DNA of 64,000 bases from Trichoplax adhaerens. Taxonomy: Eukaryota; Animalia; Placozoa. Location: positions 1,116,001 to 1,180,000 of the forward strand of contig NW_002060954.1 of the NCBI RefSeq assembly GCF_000150275.1, in the 5' to 3' direction. Of this stretch, positions 50,501-64,000 are shown piece by piece. The stretch's first letter is position 1; every line of letters begins with the position of its first letter. Made by a program: the position numbers and the translations under genes. Below the pieces are notes generated by a model. That model was not told the DNA's origin. It made no database searches and worked only from the letters and a program-made list of their open reading frames with translations.

Positions 50501-53500
50501 CCACATTCATTACGAGTCCATTCCTATCGGTCACCAACTTTTTGCGACTTTTGTGGACAGCTCCTTTTTGGTATAATTCGTCAGGGCTTAAAGTGTGAAG
50601 GTGGATAAATATTCTCTAGAATTAATGAACGAATAGACTTTTTTTTACTGTAATCGTTGAGCTTACTTGGTGAATTTAATTTTGTATAAGTTAAAAATTT
50701 TTACTGAAAGCTATCCTACATATTCATTACGAAAGTTTTTTTGGGTTTAGGTTGTAATTGTAATTTTCATAAGAGATGTGCTTTTAAGATACCAAACAAT
50801 TGTACGCCACCTTTGGAAAGTCTGGAGATTATGGCAAATGAGAATAGTACCATTAGTATGGTGTCTTCAAATTCTCCAATTACTAAACGTAGTGGTCCTA
50901 GTGATAACTGGTGGGGTAGCGGTCGACCAGCATGGATTGATGTCGCTCTTCATAAACGTGTCCAAGTACCTCATACGTTTACTCTGCATACCTTTAAAAA
51001 GCCGACCATTTGCCAACTCTGCTCAAAATTGGTTCGTGAAATATATTTACATTTCATTTAACTGCTTTTATTTATGTAGTAAGGTAATTCCTTATATTAT
51101 TAATGTTGATGACTGTTAATTTCACATGAAAGCTACTGGGGATATGCCGCCAAGGATATCGTTGTAAAGGTAAATTATTAGAAATTGGATTAGGCGAGAG
51201 TGAATATTTAATAATATGCGTAATATAGTTATGATATATAGAATATCAATTGTTCCATTTTATTTTTCATGTCTGATCTGATAGATTGCAAATTTAGCGT
51301 GCATAAAAGATGTATGAAATATGCTGCCAAGAACTGTACCAGTGAGGTCTTATACAGTAAGGCTACCATTGTTCTTTACGTACCTATTACTATATTATAA
51401 TAAAGATCTAGTTGCAAGTTAAAATTGATCAATTGATGATAGATGATAAAGGAGCGCAAGACAGTGATAATCAAGATAGCGACAATGACGATGACTGTTC
51501 AAGTCAAGGTAACAGATCGTAATTAATATAAGAGCAAAAGTTGCGGATAGTTTAAAGTATCAATGGGAATTACGACTTTAAAGCTATTAACTACCTCTTT
51601 CATACTGGCATAGATCGATTTTTATGACAGAAGTTAAAGACTATCAGCCTACCTTAATTTTGATACATAATTTAGGTTAAATACCGTAATCTTATTCATT
51701 TTTTAGATCCACTATGTCCAGTTAATCAACGTTCGGTCAATCAGTATGGTACTATTCCAGAAATCAACCAAATAACGATTTCGGATTTACCGGATAGTAA
51801 TCATTCACTTGATACACTGGACACAAATGATGAAAAAAATTCAGGTAGTGTTCTACTGCTGACATTAATCTATTTTTTTTATCGTGTCTGCGGTCTTATT
51901 TGAAATTTTGATGTATATCATTTAAACGGAAGAGTTATAAGGCTATTTCCAGTGTTTGCGTACCGTAAGTTCCGGTATTAATAGGTCTATTCTTTCGGCT
52001 TTTAATTACTTAGCAGATGAAACAAATGGACACTCGGAGTTGACACCAAATGGAAGTTGTATCCCATTACAACGTTTGATACAAACTCAAATACCGTTGA
52101 AAAAACCATCTAAAGAATTATACTCTAATTGGATAATTCATTATACCGACGCAGATCAAGAGGTTAAACGAAAACTTAGGATATAATATATCTGTATAGT
52201 GCATCATTATTAATAGTATTATCTTTATATTTAATGCACTTACACGCACTTTTTATTCCAAATTAAGAAAGTATTTTTTGTTGTCATTTGTAATTAAAAT
52301 AATTAATTTGAGATTGTTTAAATTCATATCACTAATAAGTATGCCTTTTCTATTTCCTTTTGTATCGAGCATATTAATTTATAGGGTTTTATTACTTTTG
52401 ATGATAATTTCTAGCGTAAATGCTATTTTTGGGTTTTGGATACAAAAAATTTATCCATGTTCCTAACAGAAGATAGCGAAGAGCCATGCTGTGTATGTAG
52501 AATAAAAATTCAGTATATCTTCTTTTTAATGATCACACCGTTTATAATATCTCTCAATTATTGATTAAACGCATATTTTAACAATAAATTAACTAATTTT
52601 TTAACTTTGCATAGATTATACAATTATCAGAAATTCTGAACCTTGCAACATCGTATGGCAGTAATAATTCAATTTCCAACGTCGTTACGCCTTCGTATTA
52701 TTTTCTATTCGTTACGGCAAAATTGACGTATTTTGTTGGAGCTCCTTCCGATGAAGTATTATTCGAAAATGGTGTGGGAGAGGAGTTGGCAAAATTCTGG
52801 GAGAAGGCAATTTCAGAGGCGCTACAACCAAATAGTATTATTAGTGATAGTTCGCTAGGTTTGTACGATATATTTCTATTTGTAATGATACTACTTGTTC
52901 TCCAATATCAACAAATTATTAAGGGAAAAGTAATAATAAAGTCGTATGCTTGTATTAGATGGCTGTAGCCGTACAAATACACCTGGACCTAAAGGATACA
53001 AATTGGAGGTAAAGCATGGTTATAGTTGATACGAATTAATTTACGGGGGGTATCGACTTTTTATGATCTCCAATTTTAGGACATCACCAGTAAATATCAG
53101 ATTGATCAAAATGAGATCTTAGGAGCAGGACAATTTGGAATAGTCTATGGAGGTAAAGTAATGTTAAACGCGATGCCTTAATAGTATTTGTATACAAATT
53201 TATCAACTGCACTTGTAAATATTAAAGTATTACGGTTAACAATAAGATATATTCATCTATTCTACAGTATTGTTTCAGAAATCTTTTATTGAATATGTAG
53301 GTGCTCTTCGTTGCAATGGACGAGCAATTGCAATAAAAGTTGTCGACAAGTCGTTATTTTCATCTACACAAGAAAGACGTTTAAAGAATGAAGTTGACAT
53401 TTTACAGGTTATTTAGAATCTCATTCTGGTGATTTACTATAGCGGCATTTGTCCAGTGATAAACTGCAATCCTAGCAAAAAAACGTTTATAGTAAGTTAC

Positions 53501-55815
53501 ATATTTCAGGAAGAACTTACTTATTATGCAACAATATTGCTTATATTACAGAGTGTCTCACATCCGGGCGTTGTCATTCTCGAGAATGTGTATGAAACAC
53601 CCGAGAAAGTATGTCATGATTCAAAGAAACGAAATATGCAATACAGTAGTACATTATCACTGAGTGGTTCATAATACGAAAGTGTGCATAGTATACAAAG
53701 CAATAGAAAGCATCAATAAGCTAAAGTAATCAATTTCAAAATATATTGTTAGCCTTAAAATATTTTCTGTTACGGTAGGTCTTTGTTGTTATGGAAAAAC
53801 TTGATGGAGATATGTTAGAATTAATATTATCTAGTCCTAGAAGCCGACTTAATGAGAGAATGACTAAATACTTGGTTTTACAGGTAATGGAATAGTATTC
53901 AGTTTGTATTACTGTAAATTTAAAGCGCAAATTAAGCTTAACAGAAAATATAACAAATATTTAATATATTTCAAAATATTACGATTTCTCAGCTTATTAG
54001 TGCATTTTAAAATAAATTTGGAAATGATTCATTGCACTCAGACTGCGATGCTGTAGCAACACTATCTTAGTTACTACGATATCATGTCTAGTGCGGCACT
54101 TTACCCTATTGACACAATTTAACGGAAATTATCTATTACTGTTACGAAAATAATAAAGTAATAAAAATTATGCTTCATAATTAATTGCGAAATCGACTTT
54201 TATTCCTTGCAGATTTTGTACGCACTACGTTATCTTCATAGTAAGAACGTTGCCCACTGTGATTTAAAACCAGAAAATGTGCTTATTTTAAAGCATGAAG
54301 AAGCTTTACCGCAGATAAAACTTTGTGATTTTGGATTCGCGAAGATTATCGGCGAAAGATCGTTTCGTAAATCGATTGTCGGCACTCCAGCATATTTAGG
54401 TCTGATTATATTCTGTAGTATAAATTACTCAACTTTATGCACGTAAATTATTCTAATTCGATATATTAACATGATACTTTATATATATATATACATTTGA
54501 TATATTAATTTAATAGCTCCTGAAGTCTTCAAAAACAAGCGATATAATCGATTGCTCGATTTATGGTCCGTAGGCGTAATCATTTATGTCAGGTATACTT
54601 GCAATATGTCATAATTTCGGCGTTCATATCAATATATACGAGTATTGATCAATTCTAAGGCAACTAAGCATATTATGTAAAATCTTTTTCTCGGTGATAT
54701 TTTATAAATTTGTTGTAGTCTTAGTGGGACATTTCCATTTAATGAAGATGAAGAAATTAAAGATCAAATAGAAAGTGCTGCTTTTATGTATCCTGATAAT
54801 CCGTGGGCGGAAATCTCTCAAGATGGTAAGCTCAATCATGATTTTTGACATGCAGTATTAATGATAGAACTTGTATTCTAATGACGATATACTGTACCAG
54901 CGTGTTTTAACTACGTACACGCGGCTAAAATGAAGATAACAAAGTATACGTATAAGTATGTTACCAGCTGAAGCATGAAATCAGAAGTTAAAGCCATGGG
55001 CCTACTATCTGAGCTGATCCGTTTGAGATTTACTTACTGTACATTTCTGAGTCTTTGAATATTATCAATCTATTAATTATAATCAGGAAATCACAGCAAC
55101 TACAGGTCTCTATTTAGAACAAATTATAAGATCCAAATTTTATTTGAAATCAACTGATTTTTCAGATTCACTACGTAAATGTCAATTGCCAGTACTTAAA
55201 TAATATTACAAAGAATACAATAAACTATACAACTATATCTAGTAGAAGGCAAAATTATTATCAGTAAATCTCGATCTTAAGTTACCGTTAAACATACCAA
55301 ATGCCTCTACCGTGTATAAGTTATCCTATAATATAATAACATTAATAGTCTTTGTTATGCATCGATACATTTACATTTGATGTACTATATTTTATTTCAG
55401 CAATAAATCTAATAAACAATCTATTGCAAATCGAATTAAAGAAGCGATACTCTGTCGATAAAGCGATATATCATAAATGGCTACAGGTTAGTGATAGGAC
55501 AGTAACTGCTTATTTTTATTTCTTCTCTACATGTTATACTTTAATAGCAAGGATAGATTATTACGGACTTTAACTAAATTTCGATAGACAAAATTCATTT
55601 ATTATATGGTATTACTGTTTATCTTACAGCATTCTGAAACAATTGAGGACATCCATCATTTGGAGCGTCATATTAATAAGCTAATTATTCCGAAAGAAAC
55701 TCAAATGAGTAGATTGAAACTTGATAAGGAAAGAGTTTATCATATGGAAGGTGGAGCATCTGCATCGTCACATTCCAAGTATCAGAAACAGTTTGAAAGA
55801 TCAACCTGCTTATAA
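44596..55815 (+). CDS. PRKD: Protein kinase D (ULD - C1a - C1b - PH - kinase); exon 1 44596-44733, ~5.5 kb intron 1, exon 2 from 50196
   Basis: ULD-like [19 protein letters not shown]...[15 protein letters not shown]...VIEIILD. C1a [52 protein letters not shown]1b [19 protein letters not shown]...[13 protein letters not shown] then PH WIIHYT. Kinase [68 protein letters not shown]-terminal ERSTCL* is a class I PDZ-type motif. Confidence 0.95.
46195..46706. repeat. TACAG/CTGTA array inside PRKD intron 1 (dense at 46195-46398), preceded by a short (TTA)n tract at ~46150-46172
   Basis: gtacagtactgtactgt, tacagtacagtacagtacc, gtacagtacaactgtg, tactgtacagtgtactagtacagt. Confidence 0.75.
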
Positions 55816-56261
55816 GAATGAGTGGCCGTAATAACGCTTTAAATAATATTCCGTATCGTACAGAATGTTATTTATAATTTTCATTTTAACCCAGGTATGC
55901 GTCATTCTGAATAGCTGTACATGTAAATAGGACTTGCATTACGCAGTGATCAGCTTCGATGCCATTTTCTTTATTTATCGATAGCTTGTGCAACTCTCTT
56001 AAGAAGTTAAAATGAGATAATACTTGTCCGAAACGTGTTAATGAAGATGAAGAGTTAATTTGATATTCAGGAAATATTTCGTTTAATACTTTATTCTTCA
56101 TCGTAATTGTCTGTTCCTCCATTACGTTTCATTGCATGTTGTTATTATTCGTTTCATACTATTAGACCTAAGTCTAGGGTAATGTTCATTTCTGTACTGT
56201 ATCATTTATTAGCGAATCTAGTGATACAAAGTTTACTTTTATCGCATTTTCGAGCTATATG

Positions 56262-59200
56262 CTATGCTTTAATATTGTTAACTCTAACGACAGCTGCTTT
56301 AGAAGGGGAATACGTGTTTACAGCTTGAGATTGCTAAAATTCTTCTGCTATTCATTTTATGGATCATGAAATTATTATAAAATATTAGAAAGACGAAATT
56401 TGTTATAATTATATAATCCATAGTGAGCATGGATCCTTGTGAATTGATAACTTACATTATTACCCGTTCAAGTTTCCTGTCGTGGAATATTGTTAAAATT
56501 TATAGGGATATTCTAAAAAGTTATAGTTGAATATCTATTGAACATGACAAGGTATTCCACTATATTCTTAAAGTACCCACGATAATTTCTTGTAATTGAA
56601 ATTTAACTATTACTCTAGTTCTTATGATATAATTATTTACCAAATGCTGTCGCAAACAGTTCGTATTTACAGTTATCAGTACTGATTAATTTATTTTATC
56701 CGTAATGGTATTCCTGCTATGATCATTTTTCAAGTTCAGATTTTATGTTCTGCTCAAGTCGAGATGTGTTTTAATGAACTGTTTTTATTCATGATCGTGA
56801 TTAATGAGTTATTGAATACTGCTTACAATTTTTAATTATAAATATACATAAATATCAATTAATTCCATCGTATTTGTTGCATTGTTTAGTAATTTATGCA
56901 GTAATAATCATGTATAGTAATACGGTGCCACAAATCAATGTAGTAAATCATTTCTTAAAACACTTGCTTTTGTTGACGTCAGTCAATGTAATTAAAAGCA
57001 CTTTGCTGTCATTGCATCGTAGTCAATGAATGTACCTTAACAGCTTGTTTCATTATTATCGTTTGGCATTCTGCAATAAAATTTCGAATGCTTTCTAGGT
57101 CATATCAATTCGGAAAGGTATCCACTAATTTTTCAATAGCAATCACTGGATTTAGACTTTACGGTCTTATCGTTAATTGTATTACTGCCATTTCGAGCTG
57201 ACAGCGGATAATTCTTATGAATAATATATCTGCAGTCTATAAATATTGTGTTGTGAACCCCTATTAAAATTTCGGTCTACACTTCTAGGAGTGTATTGTG
57301 TTTAAAGCCGTAAGTCCAGTAATAGCCTACCATTTACTGTATCTACTGTAATGTCTTATGTAGACGCCAGCAGTGACGTATGATATTAAAGCTGCCTAAA
57401 AGAATAGCAGAAATTTATAACTAATTAGTACTTAAATGACATCGATGATACACAATGATAATCTTTAAATAAGTATATACTGACATGAATTGGCATATCG
57501 TCCTTTAGTATATGCTAAGCTACTTGCTGTAACCTCCCTCTGCTGCGTTGTTAGTTCATACCAACACGAAAGCTATCATTGCCATAAGGGTTATGATTAG
57601 ATAAGTAATCAGTTAGCAACTAGGATATGTGTTATCAAGACATAATCCGAGACTTTTCTGTCAGTTGTGTTATTTATCTTTAATTTTTCTTTATAATTGC
57701 ATTATCATTAACGATAGCATAAATATGAATATTATTTATTAAAGGTATTATCTTTCAATTGCTCTAAAATCATGGTAGTATTATGATTTAACTAAATACC
57801 TGCTGAGATAATGCAAAGTTGTGAAAACTACATTTGCTGGTACGCATTTCAAGCCACTTCATTCTACATGTTTTCTCCAAAGGCAGCCTAGACCGTAGTC
57901 CTTTGAATATATGATAAGTACAATCTAAATATGACCTCCTGATTTTGTTCGATCTTAGGCACAGAAAACGAAACTATGGTATAAACATCATGACTGTGTA
58001 TACTAATAATTAATTAACAATTTGTAACAAAACCTCTTCTACTAACTGTAATTAAAGTGTAGTTCACACAAGTAATTTTTGAATAGGAGATTTTATTACT
58101 GGTTCTCTATCAATTTAGATACTAAGTAGACAATAGTACAGCAAGCTCCGACAGACAAGGAAAAGAAGGACTAAGAACAACAATGACAGAAAAGTGTAGC
58201 TGCTTAAATATGTTATCTAACGTTTACGACATGATAATTGCGAAAAACATAATTCAACACTTCCAGAACTTAGTATGACAATAAAATTATATGATTAGTA
58301 TCTTATTCTACGAAGCTGAAATCAACATGCTTGAATTATCATAAGCATTACTTATATATACCTGTTATTGTTAGCAGCTCTAGATTTTGGTATTACTTTT
58401 AAGTTATGTCTAATTCACTTCTACATAACATGTTGATAACAATAGCTTGTCTAACAGCTTCACTACACAATTGCGGAGAGTACTTAAGTATTTACAAACA
58501 TAAATTCAATTTCACATTGCGTATTAAATTACCCTTCTTTATATACTTAGGTGTGGTATATGATGCTTATATATTTTATGGTCTCAAATTGCATTTTCAC
58601 TTTTCACACATGATCGAAGGCTATTTTTAGATGTTAATAAGATACAGAATATAAATGATACAACTTATTCATCTGGTCAAGTTATGTATTGCCCGTTGGC
58701 AATGACAGGTTATAAACTGACCGATCAATTTATAAATTGACTATTCACCTGTTCGGTTTATAAACTGCGATATTGAGATTTAGGTGTACCAGTTTGAAGC
58801 GTCACAAGTACTAGGCGGCAAGACGTATAAGTATACTGCCATACTCAGAGCAAAGATATTTATTGGATATAATCTGTAATGTATACAATACCTGTTGCAA
58901 TATATCATTACCATTAAGAAAATTTACAGACTATTAATTATTATTCATTGTAGCATAATTATGAGCGCATGTGATGCAAATACATTTACGCATAATTATA
59001 ACTACGTCTATCTGTGTGTAGAATCGGTTAAGATATGAATAACGTTACAAACCAGGTTATTGTTACCTAATACTACGGATCATGGTTTTGTCGTTGAGTA
59101 TACCCTAAATTTTTGACAGTACTGCACACATAGAAATGATAGATTTAACTTTTTATCAATGTGCCATTAAATAACCTATTTGCTTTGCGCGTTTGTGTGC

Positions 59201-62200
59201 AGTAAATGAAAAATAAACTCGTCCTTTACTTCCACCAGGTTTAAATGAATTAGTATAATGCCGCATGTTACAGTACTTAATTGACTTGAAGAATAAATTT
59301 GAGTTGTCTAGAACTCATCGCTGACACCATTCTTTAGCAAACAATATGCACAAAGACATGAACTTGAGGTTAAAAGATAAAACTATCTCTATTATTAACT
59401 TATAGCAAGATAGAGTTATTATAATGAAAACTATGGTGCCGTAAGACTAGTATACACTATAGTATCGGTATTTGATTGCTTATATTCCTTTAATACAAAC
59501 GCTGATCATGGTTAGTACAATACTGCCATTAATTTGATAACTGTTGCACGGAGTAAGCGAACTTAAATAATATCGAATTTCTTATATTTGAAAGTGTTCT
59601 TAACAATATTTATAGATTATAATAACATAGGTTTAATCCCATAAACTTCTAGTATGAATAATGAATGAGTCGGAAATTAAAATATAATTTAGTCATTCTC
59701 TCTTTAAATATTTTGTCCATATTGAGTAAGATATAAGATTAAACCAACACGAATATCAATAAATATAAAGCTGATTACACATTTTGCCTATTGTTTTAAA
59801 ATTTCACAGATTCTATAACTAACCGTACACCAACTATAAAACGCTGCAAGGTAAACATTGTAACCGGCAAATAATAACCGTAAAAGCTGTTGATCGCTTG
59901 AAGTGAATTTCTATTAGAGCTTTAATAAAGTAAGCTAGATTATCAAGAAAATGCTTTTTGACTAGGACTACCCTTGAACTCTCCAATCGATCAAACTTTA
60001 ATCAGTGATAACTATTACACAAGTAGAATAATTATTGATCCTACTGTTTGTATTAATTGGCAGGGTATAACAATAAAGTGGTGACCTGGCAAATCCAGTG
60101 TGATATTACGCGTATTTTTCCTATGTTGTGAAATATGAATTTACTTTCTGAATATGTTATCGTTTATATATCGCTTATAGGATTGTGCTTAAAGTCATAA
60201 TCTAAGGAATAGTTTTAATAGTATTGTTGATAGTCTCTAGTTTTGCCATAATAAGACATCAAAATCATAGAATGAACCATTGCTATAGTACAGAAATAGA
60301 TCATGAGTTAATATAGCAGACCTCTGTGACATTTTAGTATTGTAGAAATGAAAAAATTTAGCTTATGGCTTTGATGCAGATGCACAGAATGTAATAAGAA
60401 TAAAGAAAAGCAACTGTTATAAATCATAGAAAGACGGGATACATAGGGCCGACAAAAGCCGATCCAAATGGCGCCATATCATAAAGGTTAATTTAATCAA
60501 CTGGACAGGTGTGTCAACACAATTGCAATGAGACTAGCAGGGTACCTTCTTAAGCCTCAAGATAGCTGTTAAATTATTTAACTATATACAATAATAAATA
60601 AACTCTTCATCAACTGATTCTTATTTATGATTAATTTATGGGTTCTAGGAACATTCTTCTGGCGTAGTGATGGGAAAAACGTTACTATGCCAATTCTTAT
60701 TTGCCTGTATGACGTTAATATCTGATATAACTATAATTAAGGTATAGCTAGTACATTTGGCTACTAGAATCTGGAATCTTCTTGCTCAGAATTATAGAAA
60801 ATTTTCTAGCACCTATGCTTGCGCTTACTGTCATAAAATTAAGTATTTAGTGGCTACTACTATTATTTCACTTTAAAATATTATTGATGATTTGCGATTA
60901 AATATGATCAAGCTAGAAGACGGCGTAATGAATTAATAATAACAAAGTGAATTTGGGTAGTTTTACTATTGTAATCATACCAATAGTACTTGTATTATTG
61001 TAGTTTTATTGTTGTTGTTGGCATCAAATCAGTTATAAAGATGTTTTTCTTTCCTTGCAAAATTACCATTGTCATGAAAATGATAATTCGTTAATGATTG
61101 CGAATAAACTATTTCTATACATAATTGTTGTTTAACTTGAAGAAGCGGCTTCGGCTTCAGTCATAAGATGCCGTCATAATCTTGTCAATGTAACATCTGT
61201 ATAAACAGTCGTAAGATGATAGGCCTTGTCAGTCGAAATTGCAACAAATAAATTTCTTATTAAATTGACATAGAAGCTAAGAAATCCAACTTTGCTATAT
61301 CGAAGATTTTCTGATAAAGATTTGATGAAGCGTTAAAAGTAATCGTTTTTGAATACTACGTATGATATAAAAATTTAAATTTTGTGCTATGTATCATTGT
61401 CTCAAACAGTGTTACACTCCTATCTTACATATTAATTATGATACTTTCTCTGGTATTATAGAATGTGTAATTAAAGAATAATGATCAATACGGCACTTGA
61501 TAGGTAGAGTTGTTTAAGAGTAAAAGCATTATGACCCCTTCTAATGTTTTAGTGAGTTCGATAATAAATGTTGATGGTGATGGCAATTTTGATAATACTG
61601 AATGATCGAAAAAAATAAAAATTTAGACAGAAATCCTGCTATCAATAGATTGATTCCTACTATAACATTTTATCCACTAGATTATTACGATAATTTCGTA
61701 TAATAGCAAAATGTTTTAATTGATCATCAATATAGATCAAGTATATAAATTAAGAACCGCCGTTTCCAACTGCTTGAGAAAAGAAAAATAAGAAGGAATA
61801 GATAATTCTATTTATCTGTAGATTAACCTTGCATAACTGATTACAATTATCTATCATCTCGGTTAATCTTAATATGCCATATAACGTTAATAAAAATTAA
61901 AAGAGCTACCATTAATGGTATATATTGACCCTAGAAATATTAAATTAGCGTACTCTGAGCTTTCTGTTAAGGGTTTTGTTCAGAATAGGGAAATAAATGA
62001 ATATTAAGATAGGAACAAAGTATCAATTTTTTGAAGCGTCTTCCTAAAGCTATAGTTTTTATCAGAATTACTATACAGTAATAGCCTAATGACTTGAGGA
62101 TAAACATGATTAGTATTGTAGTTAATATTTTTTAACTACATGTAGCTTATTAATCTATTCTCATATGATCGCCTTAACAAAGAAGGAATACTAGATAATT

Positions 62201-62617
62201 ATGTGAGTAGTAAAAAACAATAAGATGGTAACAGTCCTTCTTTGTATAGAACAGGATAAGATAACAGTAATAACTGGCATTGTATTCTCCACACATTTAA
62301 CGATTAAACAGATATTGTCAATAATGATGTTAACAATACAATGAATTGTTCAATTCTTGACATTAGATGAAGGTAGCTAATCGATTAGGTGCTCTCAGTA
62401 ATGACTAATATAATTGTACTGGCATAGCATAACGTCCAATTTGTTAGTAAGTATTGCGATAAATAGAGCATAATTTTATTCATCGATGATATTGTCTCTT
62501 TGTCATCTTCCGTATCGTAGCGATTGTCGCTATCTGATCTGATCTAGTTAGACAAGTAAAGGGAATAAAAACAACAACAAAAATAAAACTTGGAATCTTT
62601 CCATCTTGTTCAGTCAA
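56262..62617 (-). CDS. Putative unidentified multi-exon protein-coding gene (3' part; 5' end unresolved, probably beyond 62.6 kb), convergent with PRKD
   Basis: Phase-consistent AG..GT exon chain: 62533-62420, 61597-61536, 60721-60604, 60120-60086, 59910-59824, 58873-58845, 57887-57800, 57619-57562, 57070-57036, 56333-56262 (stop), plus a possible short exon ending at 62617. Translation ...SDNRYDTEDDKETISSMNKIMLYLSQYLLTNWTLCYAILSKLPSPSTFIIELTKTLEGILTSYRQIRIG...LPLEKTCRMKWLEMRTSKCSFHNFALSQQLLTDYLSNHNPYGNDSFRVECQTIIMKQAVKQSQAV...IKA*. No family recognised. Confidence 0.45.
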
Positions 62618-64000
62618 CTAAATACTTCAAAGTTCAAGCAAGTGGTAAGTTTAATTGATAGTAATTGGATTAACTAAAACTTGTTAATAGCACGTATAAT
62701 AGCTTCATATTCACGAAAATATCATGTTAATTTAAATAATCATTTTAATTGATCAACTTCTGTCCGTTACTGTTTTATATACGCTACTTTCTATCTCTTT
62801 CTAACTACAGTACTTACACCAATTCATCCATTTTTGTATTATTTTACTCTTGCAGACCTATTATTTGCTAAAATAGATATTGCAAATATAGACGGTATGC
62901 TATTTTTGAATTTCATATCAGTCACGTTGGCGATTAATCCTTCGACATGATTATTATTATTGCGGTGATAATTATTATGACTATTTTAATTTTACGAGAA
63001 GTTATAATTTTTAACTTATTGCTGTAATAGCATCCGCCTGGTTGCAAGGCGAAGCGAAGCGTGGACCATCAGTATCGAGATTGCTTTAATGTTATTTTTT
63101 ACCATTCTGCCTTATATCTTCTTAGACAAGAGAGTTAAATTCCTGACGTCTTCTCACTTTGATCATTACGATGAGTACTTAACTTGAAATGGCATAAGTC
63201 CCACTGTAATACTCGTAATATTTTGCAAGCTGCAACCAAAGATATGGAACTATGAGCTTATGAAACTTTAACTACTGAATTAAATTCTTACTTTACGTTA
63301 ATTTTAATACCAATTAGCATTTATTTTCCCTGTTGTCGATTTATCCAAAAACAATATACCCCACACGTTAAAACTTCTATTAAAGACATGGGCTTAAGTA
63401 AATGGGATATATTTGTTCTGAATTTCCTATTTTCATTTTCCAATCTGATTCTATCTGCACGTTAATTATCTCTAAAAACTACATCGCACAAAACCTGGGT
63501 TTTAATTTTTATACCGTAGTCCTAGAATTTTATCATAATTAAAACTTCGTTTGAAAAGACATGCAAATTTCTATTTATGATATCTATAGCACGTTTACGC
63601 TTTCTGAATGTAGCATTGCGGAAGTGACAAAAGAGTGCTACTTACGGTTTTTAAACGGTTTGATCAGTTACTCTTTAGACTCTTTAATTGTTATAGTCAA
63701 AGGTATAAGGAAAAGCATCATGAGGATAAACGTTTGATTATCTTGTAGCTATCTAAGTAATAAGGTAGCATTTGCTAGTTTATCCAAATAAGATTATCTA
63801 CATTAGTAATTTAAGCATTGAGTCTAATATTAAACCTTAAGAGTTATCATAAATTTGGTACAAGGTGTGAATCAGTCTTAATATTCTTGACTATCAGGTA
63901 TTATCATGCAGAGTTTTTTTAGGAAAGCATAAGATTATACAGAAGCTATCTTTTCTCGATTGTCAAATTTCTGCCTAATCCTCAGTCTTATCGAAAGTAT

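Noticed and set aside
11509-55815. Functional lipid cluster (SPT, lysophospholipase, DAG-activated PKD)
   Set aside because: Better explained by ancestral linkage; there is no evidence of operon-like co-regulation.
55886-56328. ORFs 55886-56122 (-) and 56107-56328 (+)
   Set aside because: They fall in the expected 3'UTR zone between the PRKD stop and the stop of the convergent unknown gene, or antisense to its last exon, with no motifs.
57562-59910. Firm assignment of the unknown gene as a MATH/TRAF or BTBD16/GCL-like protein
   Set aside because: The resemblance is only a few loosely matching residues and depends on a frame I could not link upstream with a good donor; kept only as a hypothesis.

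Overview
Eukaryotic, AT-rich, gene-dense genomic DNA with mostly short (~70-150 nt) GT-AG introns and metazoan-type genes. The organism is probably a placozoan such as Trichoplax, which is an inference from composition and intron size. Gene order from manual exon splicing: GINS1/PSF1 3' part (+), POMT2 (-), SPTLC2 (+), an N-acylated neuroglobin-like globin (-), AKR1A1-like reductase (+), PPP1R36 (-, not in the ORF track), ASPG (+), protein kinase D (+), and an unidentified multi-exon gene on the minus strand (56.3 to at least 62.6 kb). Main observations: (1) palindromic TACAG/CTGTA pentamer arrays cluster at gene 5' ends and divergent promoters, and produce most of the spurious 'YSTV/YCTV' ORFs; (2) a membrane-anchor-motif globin with neuroglobin-like sequence lies beside SPTLC2 and POMT2, echoing the human 14q24.3 NGB-POMT2-SPTLC2 neighbourhood; (3) candidates for a U12-type intron, a hairpin-associated poison exon and an alternative PKD first exon. 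No tRNA, rRNA, CRISPR array or transposase was found. All homology calls are from recall of the families, not database searches.
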